Shown piece by piece: positions 13,193 to 26,618 of a DNA stretch of 64,000 nucleotides (its first letter is position 1; each line of letters begins with the position of its first letter). This stretch comes from Anthoceros angustus (taxonomy: Eukaryota > Plantae > Anthocerotophyta), in assembly GCA_010909165.1 (NCBI GenBank), contig VJWM01000003.1, positions 62,001 to 126,000 on the forward strand, in the 5' to 3' direction. Under the pieces are notes generated by a model, which made no database searches, had not been told where the DNA came from, and worked only from the letters and a program-made list of their open reading frames with translations. The translations under genes were made by a program, and so were the position numbers.

Positions 13193-15005
13193 GGCTACCG
13201 GCTAACTAACCGACCGTCGCCCAATTTTAGGGCCGGCCGCCGCTCCCCGTTACTTGTCCTATTAATACCGCCCACTAAGCGGGCCAGGCTTTTAACGTAC
13301 CGTTACCATGCTCCCTGTCGCCCGCTTTGCCGACAACCCTTCCATTAAAATAGGCTTTTTGCACCATGATCACGCCTGCACCCACGAAAAGCACTCATTA
13401 CCGGATCATCCTCCCATCAAATTCGGAACCCACCACGTGATTCCTCGTTTACCCCTTCCTTCCTCCTCCCTTCAACCTTCCTTCCTTCCTTCCTTCCTTC
13501 CTTCCATCATCCTTCCTTCCTGACTTAGACTACGTATTTCTACATATTTCCCATGCCACGTCGGGTCATCGCCGGCAACTACACGTAGGAGTCTCGACTT
13601 GGGCTCTTGCTTCTCCAAACATGGAACGGTAGACAATTCTATCATGTAAGGTTGGATGATAGATAGTTTACTTCAAGTCTATGAGATAGGTTAGTTTTTT
13701 TACATACAGGAGGTTGAAAATTATTTTGTGTATTAGGTCCGACGATGGAAGGATACAGATGAAATCGGGGAAATCGGTTCGGGAATCATGAACTTCAAAT
13801 CAGGGAATGGGCTAAGAGGACAAACTCATCTCATCGCTGTCAATAAGGAGGATGAGTGGCATTGTTGTTCCTGTGGATGGATGGGCTACATAGTGTCACC
13901 TTTCCTAAGAGTGGACTTATTGTAGTCACTGGGCCCGGGATGGGCTGATCACTGTCATCACTCTTCCCGTTGGTGGACTGATAAATGTTATTTTCTCGAG
14001 AAGGGTTCCCGAGAGACTCGACTTATCACTGTCACTGGACGACACTGGATAGGCTCATCACTATCATCGTTGTTCTTCTCCTTGGTTGGCTATTTATTGT
14101 CATTGTTTTCGAGGAAGGGTTGATCAATGCAGCCAATTTCAAGGTCGGGCTAGTCATGCTAGCCCATTCTAGCTGAGCGGTTATGTGCGAGGCCACACCT
14201 ACCAACCATGGGGGCATGAGACTACTATATAAATTGTCCACTCATGTAGTCAAATCCATCTCATAATCTAGCCCATTCAAGTCTATTTTATAATCTCGAA
14301 ACGTGATGGTATCATGTTGGAATCTTGGTTTGTAAGGTTAGTCTATCCATTATCATAGAACCTTAAAACAACCTTTAACCTCCGGGTGATGACATCATGG
14401 ATGCGGTAAGTGACTTGAGTCATATAAGTGACTTGACTGTAGATACCTTGGAAGCAGTACTACTTGCTTTGATGTGTGTGTGGATTCAATTCTATCACAA
14501 AGTGTTAATTAATAAAAGATCAGTTTTGGGAATTGTACAATATTCTTAGACATACAGTGATAAGGTCGAGACAGAGATCGTGCCCACATGAAAAGGGCTA
14601 AAAGAACTTGGTTTATGATAAAAATAGGGAAAAGGGCGACACGCCGAGGTACATAGAGGACGCGTGCATGTTGGAGATGGTGTTGCCGTCCAGGTCCGCG
14701 GAAGGGAGCGTGACGACACATAATGGAAGCATGGCCCAGTGGATAGTCGATTTTAACGGTTGGGCTGGCTCGGGCCGGGGCGGGCCGGGCGCCGGGCTGG
14801 GCACCAAATGCGCCTCACGTGCTCCGCGAACGCGCCAACGGGACCCAGCGACCCACCTGCAGTTGCATCTGCGTCTGCCGGTAAATGCTAAATCTAAAGG
14901 GAAGGCCTGTGACCATGGCAGCTGCAATTCTGGGCCTTGTCGCTCCTGCTAATGTAAAGCAGCTGCTGCTACTGCTGCAGATGGCGAATCGTGATTCGCG
15001 AATTT

Positions 15006-15218
15006 CTCGTCTCGTCGTCTCGTCGTCTCGTCGTCTCGTCGTCTCGTCGTCTCGTCGTCTCGTCGTCTCGTCGTCTCGTCTTCTCGTCTTCTCGTCTTCT
15101 CGTCGTCTCGTCGTCCCGTCGTCCCGTCGTCCCGTCGTCCCGTCGTCCCGTCGTCCCGTCGTCCCGTCGTCCCATCGTCCCGTCGTCCCATCGTCCCGTC
15201 GTCCCGTCGTCCCGTCGT
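15006..15218. repeat. 8-bp CpG-rich minisatellite, ~26 units
   Basis: Blocks of CTCGTCGT, CTCGTCTT, CCCGTCGT and CCCATCGT. Explains the spurious RRDDETT/VVPSSRR ORFs. Confidence 0.95.
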
Positions 15219-16230
15219 TCCTTCTTCTTCTAATAGGGGGAGAGCCGAGAAAGACAAACAAAGGGCGAATGAATATGTAAAGGGCGGGTTAGTTAAACTG
15301 GGGCCCAGGGGACCAGGCCCCAGCCGGGATCCGGGACCCGGGAGCCGCTACAACATTCGCTGACCCTCTCCAAACTCGGGTCAGTCATCATCACCGCGTG
15401 TACTTGCGAAGGTGCGGCCCCCAGTTGACGGGGTTACCGTCATCATCATGGCCGCATGCATGCATGCATGCATGGCGAGGGGGGATGGCATGCCCATGGC
15501 CCCCTCGCCGTCACCCATGTGCATGCATGTCATCATGACCCGACGGGACGGAACGGAACGGAATCGGAATCGGTACCCCAGATCGCGATCGCTGCTAACT
15601 AACCCACTAAGCACGGGGGATTTGGATTTGGCATAATCGGCATTCCGTTCCGTTTCCTCCTGCTCCCGAATCTCTTTCGCCTTTTGCTCTCTTTACTGCC
15701 TTCCTTGCTTCCTCTTCAAGGAAGCAACATACCATAATCCTCTTCTCTTCTTTTCCCCCCAACCATCATGCTGCTTTTGCGTCCTTTTAAGGGGTGGTTG
15801 TGATGTCATCTCTCGCACATTCAGATCCATTAGGATGATAAGGTGGTTTGTCTTATCACATGTATTATTACCAAGATAGGAAACAAAAGGGGGTTGTCTT
15901 AAGGATAGCTCCTTGTTCCCCTCCAGAGAGTTTGATCTCAAACGTGTGTAAAGGTGAGAGGCTTATCTGCAAGGAAGAAGTAGGAAAGAAAAAGGTTTCA
16001 TAGCTTTGTGTTACAAGTGCGTATTAGCTGAGGCTGAGGCTGAGGCTGAGGCTGGTGCGTTGATGTTTTACGGGTCGGGTGGGTACGTGTTTGGGTGGTG
16101 GGGGAAGACGTTTGGTGAGAGGACGGGATTACAAGGGACAGAGGCGCGGTGTGAAAGCGACGGAGCACGGGATGGGTTTAGAATATGAATATTGGAAGGA
16201 ATGGATCTGGGGAAATGCGTTAATCCAGCC

Positions 16231-16238
16231 TTTAAATA
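16231..16238 (+). promoter_or_regulatory. TATA-like box, putative MIR166 promoter
   Basis: TTTAAATA followed by a CT-rich tract, ~550 bp upstream of the hairpin. Confidence 0.4.
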
Positions 16239-16776
16239 GCGCACGCCTGCTTCCTCCTCTCTACTTCGCTTTTGTGTCTCTCCCTGCTCGGCTCGGCTCG
16301 GCTCGGCTCGCCTCGCCTGGCTTTGGCTTTGGCTTTAGCTGGGCGTGGCTCGGGCTCGCCTTTGGGCTAGCCTGGCCTGCTGGGTCTTGCCTTTGCCTTG
16401 GCCGAGGCAGGCTCCCCGGCGAGTGAGGCCAGGCTGGGCCCTGCCAGAGTCTTGCCCCGCTCCTTCTCCCGCCATGTCGCTCGCGTCTCAAGAATCGCGC
16501 CTCGCTCCCTGCTGCCGTCCGCCTGCCTCGCCTTCTCGCGACGCCGCGCCTGCGGCTCGCTCGCCAGGTCTTGCCTGTGTCGCGCGCCGCGGCCGCGCCA
16601 TGCCTGTGTCGCACCGAGGGAAGGGAGGGAGGGAGGGAGGGAGGGAGGCAAGGGAGCTAGGGAGGAGGAGGGAAAGGGAAGGAACGGAGGGAAGCCAGGA
16701 AAGGAAGGGAAGGGATGTGAAGGGAAGAGGAGGGAAGGGAGGGAGCGGATCTGAGAGCGGAGCGGCAGAGCAAGCT

Positions 16777-16886
16777 CCAGGTGTGGGGAATGTAGCATGG
16801 CCCGAGTGTTTCTCCTGGAAAGAGCTTGCTTTGGTGCTTGCGAATGAGGGGAAATTCGGACCAGGCTTCATTCCCCTCAACATGGA
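16777..16886 (+). ncRNA. MIR166: MIR166 precursor hairpin; mature miR166 at 16856-16876, miR166* at ~16787-16807
   Basis: Exact 21-nt TCGGACCAGGCTTCATTCCCC on the 3' arm; complementary GGGGAATGTAGCATGGCCCGAG on the 5' arm; closing stem TCCA..TGGA. Confidence 0.95.
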
Positions 16887-19800
16887 TCTTTGCATAAATG
16901 CCTGCTGTCGCTGAGGTTTGGAATCCGCGGAGGCGCTTGTGCGCGTGTGATGGAGTCCGTCTGTGCTGGTTCGCGCTCTGGTACCTCGCTCTTTTTGCTT
17001 TTCCTGCAGGCCAGGGCTTGGAAATTGGTTTTCGCTGCGCTGCGTTGCTTCGCGCTGTCTCATGTTGTGATTCTGCCTTGTGTGCCACTTTCTTCCTCTG
17101 GTTTGGAACCAGACTTGCTTGCGTGCGGTCTAGACTAGGCTTTTGTCTGCTTGCATGTAGTTTGTTTTGCTTTGATCTGCTTTCCATGTGTTTTGTTTTG
17201 TTTTGCTTGTGTTTAGCTCTCATTTGATTGTGTTTGTTCTGATCTGCTTGTGTTTTGTTTTGCGCTGGCATCTCATTCAGCGGTGGAGAGTCAGCTGTGC
17301 ATGCCCTTGCTGTTGGCTAGAGGTCACTTTCTGCAGTGTGCTTCCTCAATAAGTTCGCGTGATCTCTCCGTCCAGCGTGATGTTTGCAGCTGGATTTTCG
17401 AGGCCTGCATGTTTGCGAATTGTATGTACCTTGCTTAGCATGGGTAGGCGGTGCCATGCGGCTCAGCTCGTGCTGACAAGGCTTGCGTTTCGCGGATGCC
17501 TACCTGCCTGTTGGAACTGACAAGTGTCTGGATTTGTTGTGGCATCTTGGAGGTGGGCTGTGGCCGCCTTGTACTCCAAGCACAGCAGCTAGCGTTCCGG
17601 GAAGGCAGCAAATGATTATTTATTTGTTTATTCAGAGGCTACATGCACGAGTTTGGCTGCATGCGAGGCCGCCTTACCTTACTCTTTGTTTGCTTGTTGC
17701 TCTAACGTAGAATGTGGTGTTCATGATGGGGGCGGAGTTGCGGGCGGGTGGGCGGGCCGGCGTCAGTGAAAGTGCAAGAGGCTCAAGTTGCTCTGCAGAT
17801 TTGTGTGCTTGCCTGCAGAGCAGAGCAGAGGCGAGCAGAGCGGAGCGGAGCAGAGCAGAGGCTGAGCAGTGCACCAGAGCGGAAAGTAGCGCAAGGGAAA
17901 TGGGGACTGTCATGATGACCCGAAAATCCATTTCTTGAGGGGATTTTCAGTTTCCTGAGACAACCAAGTACGGCATACACATCATGAATTACCTACCATT
18001 CAAATATCCCCACCACGTCAGTCAGTCAACACAGAAATGGCAGGCAGGGCAGAAAAAAAAGGTGAGATTCATGCCCACCTGAATTGTGTCACAGTTGGAA
18101 CCCATGACAGCAGCCTCTCACCCCAGCTGGTTGCACTGGCCCAACGTGGCAGCCCAGCGGCAGTGGCAGTGGCAGCGGCATCGCGCATGTCAGCAGCACA
18201 AACAATGAATGACAACAGGAGCACATGAATGAATGCTAGCTTACACGAATGCACCGCTTCTGCAGGGTTGCGCACCAGTTGGTATGCAACAACTGATGCT
18301 CGCTGCCTGAAGGAAGCGTGTCTACCACCAATCATGCAACCGTTACGAAAGATTTTCTGTGTGCTTGTTTTCGTGTCTCAGTGGTACCTTCCTTCTCTTC
18401 TTGCCATCAAAGCTCTGCGTCTCTTGGTATCTATCTACCTTATGCATTAACATGGTGTAACAGTATCTACCCCTCCCCCGCCCGCCCGGTGTCCTATCGG
18501 AACGGTCTCCTTCTCCTCGCACACCAGACTTCTAACGTCACTCTCTGACGACAAGCTGAGAAACTGAAAGCTTACGTAGTCAGGTGATAAAATTCACAGC
18601 ATCGCAAGAACCATGTCTTTGTTGCAACTGTCAACACGATTTCTCACCACAGTAAGTGTGTTGCAACTTGCTACAGACAAATTGTCACACTGGGTGTGAA
18701 AACTGCAGCATGGTGGCAGCCACATTCCCCCCTCACCTAACTCAGTGGAGCAATGAGTCTCTAGTGCCTACCTCCGTTCACAGAATGTTACAGGAACTAT
18801 CCACCGTTAGGTGTTGGTTGAGAGATGTTGCGTGATATTCCTTGTGTTGGTGTAAGAGCCTTCATCAAGGGCCTGCATAGGTTGTGGAGACATAAGAGCA
18901 CAGCGCAATACGTGCGCGACTTGGAGGATCCGTGTCCGAGATATGGAAGACGTCGGGACTAGCAAAAGCAGACAAGACAGCATACATCGTTGACCAGCTA
19001 GCAAGCTTACATACGAGGGCGTGCCATATCCTCTCAGGTTCAAGGTGCACTGCATTTCCAAATCTTGACATTACCTCGTCGACGCAACCAACACACATCT
19101 CGAGTCCAGACGCTCTTGAAGCTGTTAGCATCGCCTATCGGTACGGCTGCATTTCCCAAGAAATGTTGTCCGGCCGTGCCTTGGCGCAAAACCACGTGCT
19201 TCTCTTGCCCTGCTGCATTCTTGATACACGGGAACCGATTGATTGTTGAGGAAACACTGTAGTTGCCGGAGAGCAGAGCTTTTAGCCGTAGCTAGCTAGC
19301 TAGCGACGCTGCTGAGGAATCTGGGACCAGGACCACGAGGCCTCGCCTGCCAAGGAGTAAAATGAGCCAACACACGCCGCAAACGTCCTGCTGTTTCTGT
19401 GAACACAAATTTGACCTAACGGCCTCTCTGCTTCTCTGCGCTTACTGCGGTGTAGCTGCAGTCGGCAGTGTGCTGAGCTCGCGAAAGTCGCAATTCCATG
19501 TCACATTGCAACAACAACCCTGTGCAACTCATTCATCAGCTGTTCGCTTACTGCTGCTGTGTGGCCTGTACGAGGTAGGCGTCAATGCCGCGCCATTAAG
19601 AAACAGGGCAGAGGCTGTGCGCTAAATGCGTCTGCGATGCTCGTCAACTGCGAAGCTGGTTTCATGAATGTTCGCCTGCCTTATGTAGAGATTTGTACGA
19701 AGGGATGAGGTAAGGAAATGGTCATGCCACCTTTGTTTCATCCTCGTGTAAGGGAGGCTTAATCGAGCGTAAGGAATCAATGCGTTGCGCCGTCAGAGTT

Positions 19801-19902
19801 CTGAGAGCAGCAGCTACAACTCTACCTATTCCGGGTCTCATTGCTGCGGTTCCTACAATGAATCTCCAAAGCCAGAATTTCCCGCTGAAGCTACTGCACC
19901 TC

Positions 19903-21762
19903 TCAGACCTGGGCGGTGCCAGCAGTGAATCCAGGCTCTTCACATCTGTACCTACCGTCAGGACCAATGCCAAATCCCTTCGGATCCGCGAACACATTCT
20001 CTAGAAGCTGACTCCTGACAGGCAAAGGACTCCCGTCTGCAAATTCAACCGCATCCTCAACGAGTTCTTCAATTTTCTTGTCAATGGCTTTCAGGTCTTG
20101 GTCAGAAGCAAGTTTGTTTTGAAGAAGGTACTCACGAAGAGCAACAATAGGATCCCTAGCAGCATAATGGGCCTTCTCAGCTGCATACAGCAATTATAAG
20201 CGTAAGGCTGTGGACGGAAGCAAACAAAGTTGTGACAAAGGTGAGAAGAAGTAACATTTACCAGGGGCACGGAGCTCATCCGGGTCAGCCAAGGAGTGTC
20301 CTCGGAACCTGTAGGTTTCGCACTCAATCAGGGTAGGACCATCTCCCCTCCGGGCTCGCTCAACAGCCTCCTTAGCAACCTCCCTCACCTTCAGTACATC
20401 CATGCCGTCCACATGGTAACCAGGCATGCCGAATGCGGGTCCCTTTTTCCAGATCTCCGGATCTGAGGTTGCTCGTATGTGGGACATCCCAATGGCCCAT
20501 AGATTGTTCTCCACAACGAAGATGATAGGCAGCTTCCATAAGGCAGCCATGTTCAGGCACTCAAAAAACTGACCGTTGTTGCAAGTGCCGTCCCCGAAGA
20601 AAGCCATCGTCACGGCATCCGCTTTGCTGTCCTTCAGAACTTCACGCTTGTAGACAGTGGTAAAGGCAGCGCCAGTGGCAACCGGGATACCCTCTCCGAT
20701 GAAAGCAAATCCTCCGAGTAGGCCATGCGCAGACGAGAACATGTGCATAGAGCCTCCTTGACCGCGGCAGCAGCCTGTGCTCTTTCCATACAGCTCAGCC
20801 ATTACCAAACGTGGTGGAACCCCCTTACTCAGAGCATGCACGTGGTCTCTGTAGGTGCTGCAAACGAAGTCAGTCTTCTTCAGCAGACTGATACAACCAG
20901 TGGACACAGCCTCTTGCCCATTGTAAAGGTGCACAAAACCGAACATCTTCCCTCGGTAGTACATTTGGGCACACATATCTTCGAATGTTCTCCCTAGAAC
21001 CATATCCTCGTACAGAAGAAGACCTTCCTCCTTCGTCACGAGCTGCCAACAAACACAAACGACACAAACTCGTTAGCCGGCAAACCTGCTTCGTAGAATA
21101 TGCCTCAACCTCCCAAGTACAGCCTTCAGGAGCAAAAACTTCACTCCGCACACAGATACCAACGCAATCACAATGCTATTGCCATGGAGATGAGCCCGCC
21201 AATGGCCATACTTTGTCATCACCATGGATCTCTCTTGTCCCGAGCAAGAATCTAGTTAGCGGCAGCTGTTCTGTGATTCTTTTCACGTAATCAACAATCC
21301 TAGAAAGAAAACTCTCCTGCATGCAGCAACATTTCAGCTCACACTGTGCACATTCTCACCGAAGACGCTGCAATGTTCAAGAAATTGACTTGCTCCTCAA
21401 TCACACGGACTCCAGCATGGCGCTACAATTAAGGCTTCCGGTAACCATTCCAAACAACAACCTGCCACACGGTTGCAGCACCAACATGAACTCACCAGAT
21501 CCGACTTGGTTGCAGGCTTCTCCAGAATGAGCTCCGAGGCGGATGCAGTTGCCTTGTGAAAACGGCCACTCCTCCGCCTGGAGTTGGGCACAGCAGCTGC
21601 CTGTCCTTCGGCAACACGGACATCGCAGCCGAGAAAACAAGATTTCAGACTTATCTTGACCACAGGATGCGCCTTGTAATTCTCCTGGCAGCTGGAAGAG
21701 CTTGAAGAAGAAGACACAAATGGAGGCGCCAGCGCAGCACGGGCAGCCATGGTTGTCGCCAT
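19903..21762 (-). CDS. PDH-E1A: Plastid pyruvate dehydrogenase E1 alpha, copy 1 (3 exons)
   Basis: Ser-rich transit peptide; [18 protein letters not shown]; TPP motif [15 protein letters not shown]; [12 protein letters not shown]; ends GFTAGTAQV*. Intron 1 = 21043-21495. Confidence 0.95.
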
Positions 21763-22763
21763 GGCGCACGCAAATCACTCAGGTCTGTTTCCTTGTTCAA
21801 AATTCGCGCTCTGAGCTTCAAAATTCGCTCAGCAGAATTTGCAAATTCGCGAAAGATGCGCGAGTGGAAGAGACTCGAGCAGGCCTGTGCAGGACGGGAT
21901 GGCGGTCAATGCTTTTACGGGAAGACAGTCCTCAAGAATGTCGCAAGGATGCCGCATCAGGGCCTGCGAGTTCGAGGCATCAGCGATCGCTCCAAAGCAG
22001 ACTGCTGGGCCCTCCTTCACCAATTCAAGCGGAGGCAGCTGCGCCAAGCGGAAAGGAGCAGCGCGGCCGCATGCGATTTGCATGCAAGAACATTCCATGC
22101 GAGGCGGACGCTCTGCACCAGTCGATCCGTCTGGGAAACGCCGCCCCCGGTCGCCCTAACCCGGCACTAACACTATCGCCGAGGAGGAAGCAGGTACAGC
22201 TACCCCCGACCTGCCACCTTCACCCATCTGCGTCCACGTTTTGAGCCAACACTAAAAAGCTGAGACATCGGATTCTACCAAGAAGACAAGAACTCTGCCA
22301 CAACATTCTACTGCTCTCTTTACGTCCCCGGAAAGTGATGTTCAGGTTTTCAGTACTACACGCAACGACCATGTTGCTTGCACCAGTGGAAATTCCACAG
22401 GGAACAGGAAACAAGGCTGGGCAATGCAACAAAAGTTGACGCAATCTGCCCTGCCCAGTCTGACAATGCCCCAACGGATCAACCTAAATCTGTATTCACA
22501 AAACAGCTTCTGTTATCTAGAATTCGACCTACCATGAATGCTTTCAAAAATTGGCCACCATGCACAATCTTTAATTAATAAGAAACACCTCCTCCCACGT
22601 TGGATGGCTGTGACTTATCCAAGCTCTTCTTATATACATGAAGGAGGCAACACGCCGTTGCATCTGATTGCTGGGTCTTCTGTCACCTTTACGATAGGAG
22701 AAACAGCATCTGCCTTCGCGGACTACTGCATGGTACAAATGGTGGGTTAGCTATGCTGCTGCT

Positions 22764-24937
22764 TCATATAGCACTGTTTGTTCCTGGCTCAGGTGCACTA
22801 GTTTCCGACTCCACCCGGTTATCCTTCTGTTTTTTCGAACCCATAGCAAGTATGCGTTCTCTTGTAGCCTCAATTGTCTCATATGCTTTCCTCAAATCGT
22901 TCTCCACATGGGCAACTACTTCCTCCTGACTGACAAAAAATCTTCTCTCCTCAGAGGTGTTGGCGCCTTCCACAGGATCAGCATGAACCTGGACATCCTG
23001 GTTAAGATCAACTCTTCCCCTATGTTCCACATCCACCTGGACCTCCTGCTCTGCATGCTGTCCAAGGCCACCATCATTCCTTGCCCCTTGATCAGCTTGA
23101 GCGCTTTCCTCCTCATCAGTATTAACATTTCCTGCCAGATCCATATGACCGATTCCTCCCGTATCAGTATGACCATGTTCACCCACATCAGTTTGGCCGT
23201 TCTCAACGACAGCAAGGACACCATTGTCCCCAAGGTCATGATGACCGTGTGCTCCCGGATCAGTGTTGCCATTCTCCGCCACATCAGTATCAGCTCTAGG
23301 CTGTTGATCAGCATCAACCATTTCCTCCTGATCCAGCTCAGTTGGCTTGCTGGATTGTTCTACCTCCGATGCCGTGCTGAGCTCTGGAGTGCCGTCATTT
23401 GAATCACTGGCAGGTGGGAACAGAGCCTTTGAAGGTTGGTCTTGTGATTCTGTATCTGCTCTGACCCTAGCAGCACACCCTGTATCTGCAGCATCATGCG
23501 CAGATGGCCCAGTTGACACATCCCCTTCAGATGTCACCCCTTTAGCAGAACTATTGGCACTATTGGTCTTCTCCTTGCCAACATCAGCATCACTCTCCAT
23601 TTTCTGCAAGTTCCGCTTGTGCCTCTTGCCCTGTCTATGCTGCTGGAGCATCTCCGCTGTACTACACTCAAGCTCACAAAGTGTGCACCAGCCTGGTCCT
23701 CCAGGTCCCGGTGCATTCGGAAACTTCCGTTTCTTGTCATTACCATTTGGAACAGATTGCTTGGTAGGTGGGGAGGATTGCTCATTTCGCTTGTTACCAC
23801 GTCCCTTTTTGATGAAAGGTCTCTGCACAATAACAACCAATCGCAATGACAGCAGCCATGAGCACACGTTATAGCTAACCCTTGTACAAGCAAAAAATAC
23901 ACAAATCAAGTGGATTAAAATCACATTGAGCAAAAATAGGGTGAGCATGCTAAGCAGGAGATAAAAAAAGTGAAAGCACAAGGAATAATGCAAGATTGCA
24001 GTACGATGCGCAAAGTATGGAAAAGTTCATGAAGCCATCTCTACTGATATGGACCTAGGGCAACCGGACAACACTCTTCTTTGCTCCCATCGATTGAAAA
24101 CTTAGCTATCATTTCCCAAACTCCCCAAGATTGACACTAAACAGAAACCAAAATGACAGACTAAAATCAACTGACCTCAACCTGCCGAGATTCACGGTGC
24201 CCATCCCAATGTCTATGATTCCAATCACCTTTTAAGTCACGACCCCCACCTCTATCCCTTCCCCATCCCTCTCCGTGATCGCGTCCCTGAGGCCAGCCAT
24301 ACATTGGGCCTGGACCAGAAGAGGATCGTGGGTGAAAGCCTACAGGCACATGAGGGAGGTGAGGGTGCTGGGGTGGACCATGTGCAAACATATGTCCCAA
24401 GAGGCCCTGCTCAGGTCTGGAGGTGATGGCAACCAGAGGTGACCCAGGATGAGGGTGTCCATTTGCCAACATTTCATGACCTAGGAGCGGATTCATCATC
24501 ATGTGCATGTTACCCATGCCGGAGTCATATCCCTGCCGCACAGTTGGTGCACCGAAGCCCATCACTCTTGGTCCTTCTTGAGCAACAAGGGGTGAATGGG
24601 GAGGAAGAACCCCCTGAGGAACAGACGTTGCCCCCTGCAGAGACTCCACTGTGTAAAATCCCTGACCAGAGGACAGAAGCGGAATGGGTTGGGGGAAAGC
24701 TGGACCCAGAGCAGGCATATGCGTCCCTCTCATTGCCGGTCCCTGCAAGATGCCCTGCCGAGCAAGCTCCATGTAAGCATTCAGTTGGTCCAAAGGCGGG
24801 GAAGCTAGGTGCGAGCGCATCATGGCCGGCTGGGTGTGGTTCAGAAACGTCCCTCGAGGCACCTGACCCACTCGATCAACCCCAGCTCGGCCCAGCTGCC
24901 GACGGCCCTGCTGCCGACGATCCATCCTCTTGTTCAT
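22764..24937 (-). CDS. Matrin/U1-type C2H2 zinc-finger protein with low-complexity N-terminus and acidic tail (2 coding exons)
   Basis: WCTLCELECSTAEMLQQHRQGKRHKRNL. A phase-0 intron (~23824-24180) joins ORF 24167-24937 to ORF 22764-23993. In-frame stop upstream of ATG 24937. Confidence 0.75.
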
Positions 24938-26315
24938 ACCCCAAACCCCTTTTCTTCACCTATTCTGTTCTTGACCCTACTTCTTCTGAGCACACAGCTC
25001 TGCTGACAAAGAAGTTCCCTCTGCCACAATTGCTCTGTGGCACTGACCCTCTATACTCTACCAGACCCTACCACTACCTAGTACTCAATTAGATAAGTCC
25101 CTTGTGCCCGTTACCGAGGCGCTAGTTCAGAACCACAGCAGGGAGCTTGTTCCTACACACTACATGGGTTTCCACAAGTGGACACGACACCGCAACTCCA
25201 AAACTACCTTCCCTCTCCTCCTCCTCCTCCTCCAAACCTACGCTTCACTCGTTGCTCAGGCTCCATCCCTGCTCATCGATGAGGAAGGAAACCCTTAACA
25301 CCGAAGAATCTGCAGCACCACAACAAAGCCATGCCGCCATCCACACGTAAGCTCACACGGCAATCACAGCGGCGGCAGAATGCAAAATCTAGGCACATCG
25401 TGCCGAGTGGGCGACTTAGCTCCGTACCGTCCAGTTCGAGCTGCCCTTGTCCGCCTCAGACCGAGCTCCCTCGCACCGGATTGCGCTGGTCGCTTCCGAT
25501 CAACCGCTGACACCTGATCTTCTGAGCTCCAGTAAAATAAGCACTAAAATCCTTCTTCCGGAGAGCCGCCGAAGTTGACAGAACTTGCCAGAGCTGAACC
25601 CTAAAACAACAGGACTCTTTGACAAGTTTGATACGCACAGCACGTTATATACAATGAAATGGAACGCTTGTATGGCATCTACCTAACGGAGGACGGATCA
25701 CCATTCGCCAGTGTGGTTGGCCTACGTATGTATGCTGATGAGGTACGGTGCGGAGTGCGACCCGAGGATGCATAACCAGTGCGGTTGGCCCATGTGTGCT
25801 GATGAGGTATAGTGTGGTGTGCGGCTGACCTGGGTTATTGCTATAACCGCAGCTGCTCTGGACATTTGGAAAAACACGTACAATAGGCGCCCTGGTGGAA
25901 AACCACAGAACAGAGCTAATCCACAAGATCGTACGCAGCGTCGGCGGGATGAACACTCGTCCTTAGTCAAATCGACACACGGTTATCTGCATAGCAAGTG
26001 ACTTGCTGCCTGTCCCCGGAGGTTACAACGCTCACAAGACTATGCCATCTACAAACAAACTTGCCTTAGCAGCCAAAAATCACACAAGGCAAGAAAGGTT
26101 CTGCAGAGAATCATCCAGGCCTACAATCCGGTAGCTCTGCGTGTCAAAACTGTGTGGTTCGCATCCAAAACTGTGATGGAATCCTTTCCAAGGCTTTCAC
26201 ATAGCTCAGACTGCAGCTGAAAGACAGCAACAAAGACATCCTGTCCACCAGCTCCGATCCAGCATGCTCATCCTACTCCAACCGGATCGAAAAGCCTCCG
26301 ATTCCTCCAAAAAGA

Positions 26316-26618
26316 CTAGAAGATAATGCGGAATTTCGGAGCCTCCGTTCCACCTGACGGCAGGATCTCCCAGCGGCACGGCTCCAGCTCGTCAGACACC
26401 GGACAGTAGCCTGCCAGAGTGATCCGGTCTTCGCTGCTGCTTGCGGATCCGAACTCGAAAACGCTCGTCTCGCCCGGCATGGCGGCGACAGGCTCCGGCT
26501 TGCCTGGCGCAGGCTCAGGCTGCTGCTGCTGCGGTGGTGGCGCCGCTGCCTTCGCCGCTACTTCCTTCTGCTTCCCCGCGGCCGCGCCATCCTTCTTCCC
26601 GCGCCCGAACAGGCCCAT
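26316..26618 (-). CDS. 100-aa uncharacterised plant protein, possible N-myristoylation
   Basis: MGLFGRGKK..VFEFGS..ITLAGYCPVSDELEPCRWEILP..APKFRIIF*. The C-terminus resembles a conserved small plant protein family (recalled, not searched). Confidence 0.75.
   Translation of the reverse strand: MGLFGRGKKDGAAAGKQKEVAAKAAAPPPQQQQPEPAPGKPEPVAAMPGETSVFEFGSASSSEDRITLAGYCPVSDELEPCRWEILPSGGTEAPKFRIIF

Noticed and set aside
13570-14460. Degenerate coding-like segment with repeated DDSDEPI-like units on the minus strand
   Set aside because: Many stops and no recognisable domain.
14815-15280. ORFs with RRDDETT / VVPSSRR repeats
   Set aside because: Translation of the 8-bp minisatellite, which is open in several frames.
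18610-19249. Imperfect hairpin at ~18612-18680 and 105-aa ORF 18932-19249
   Set aside because: The stem is too mismatched; the ORF lacks an ATG start and any recognisable motif.
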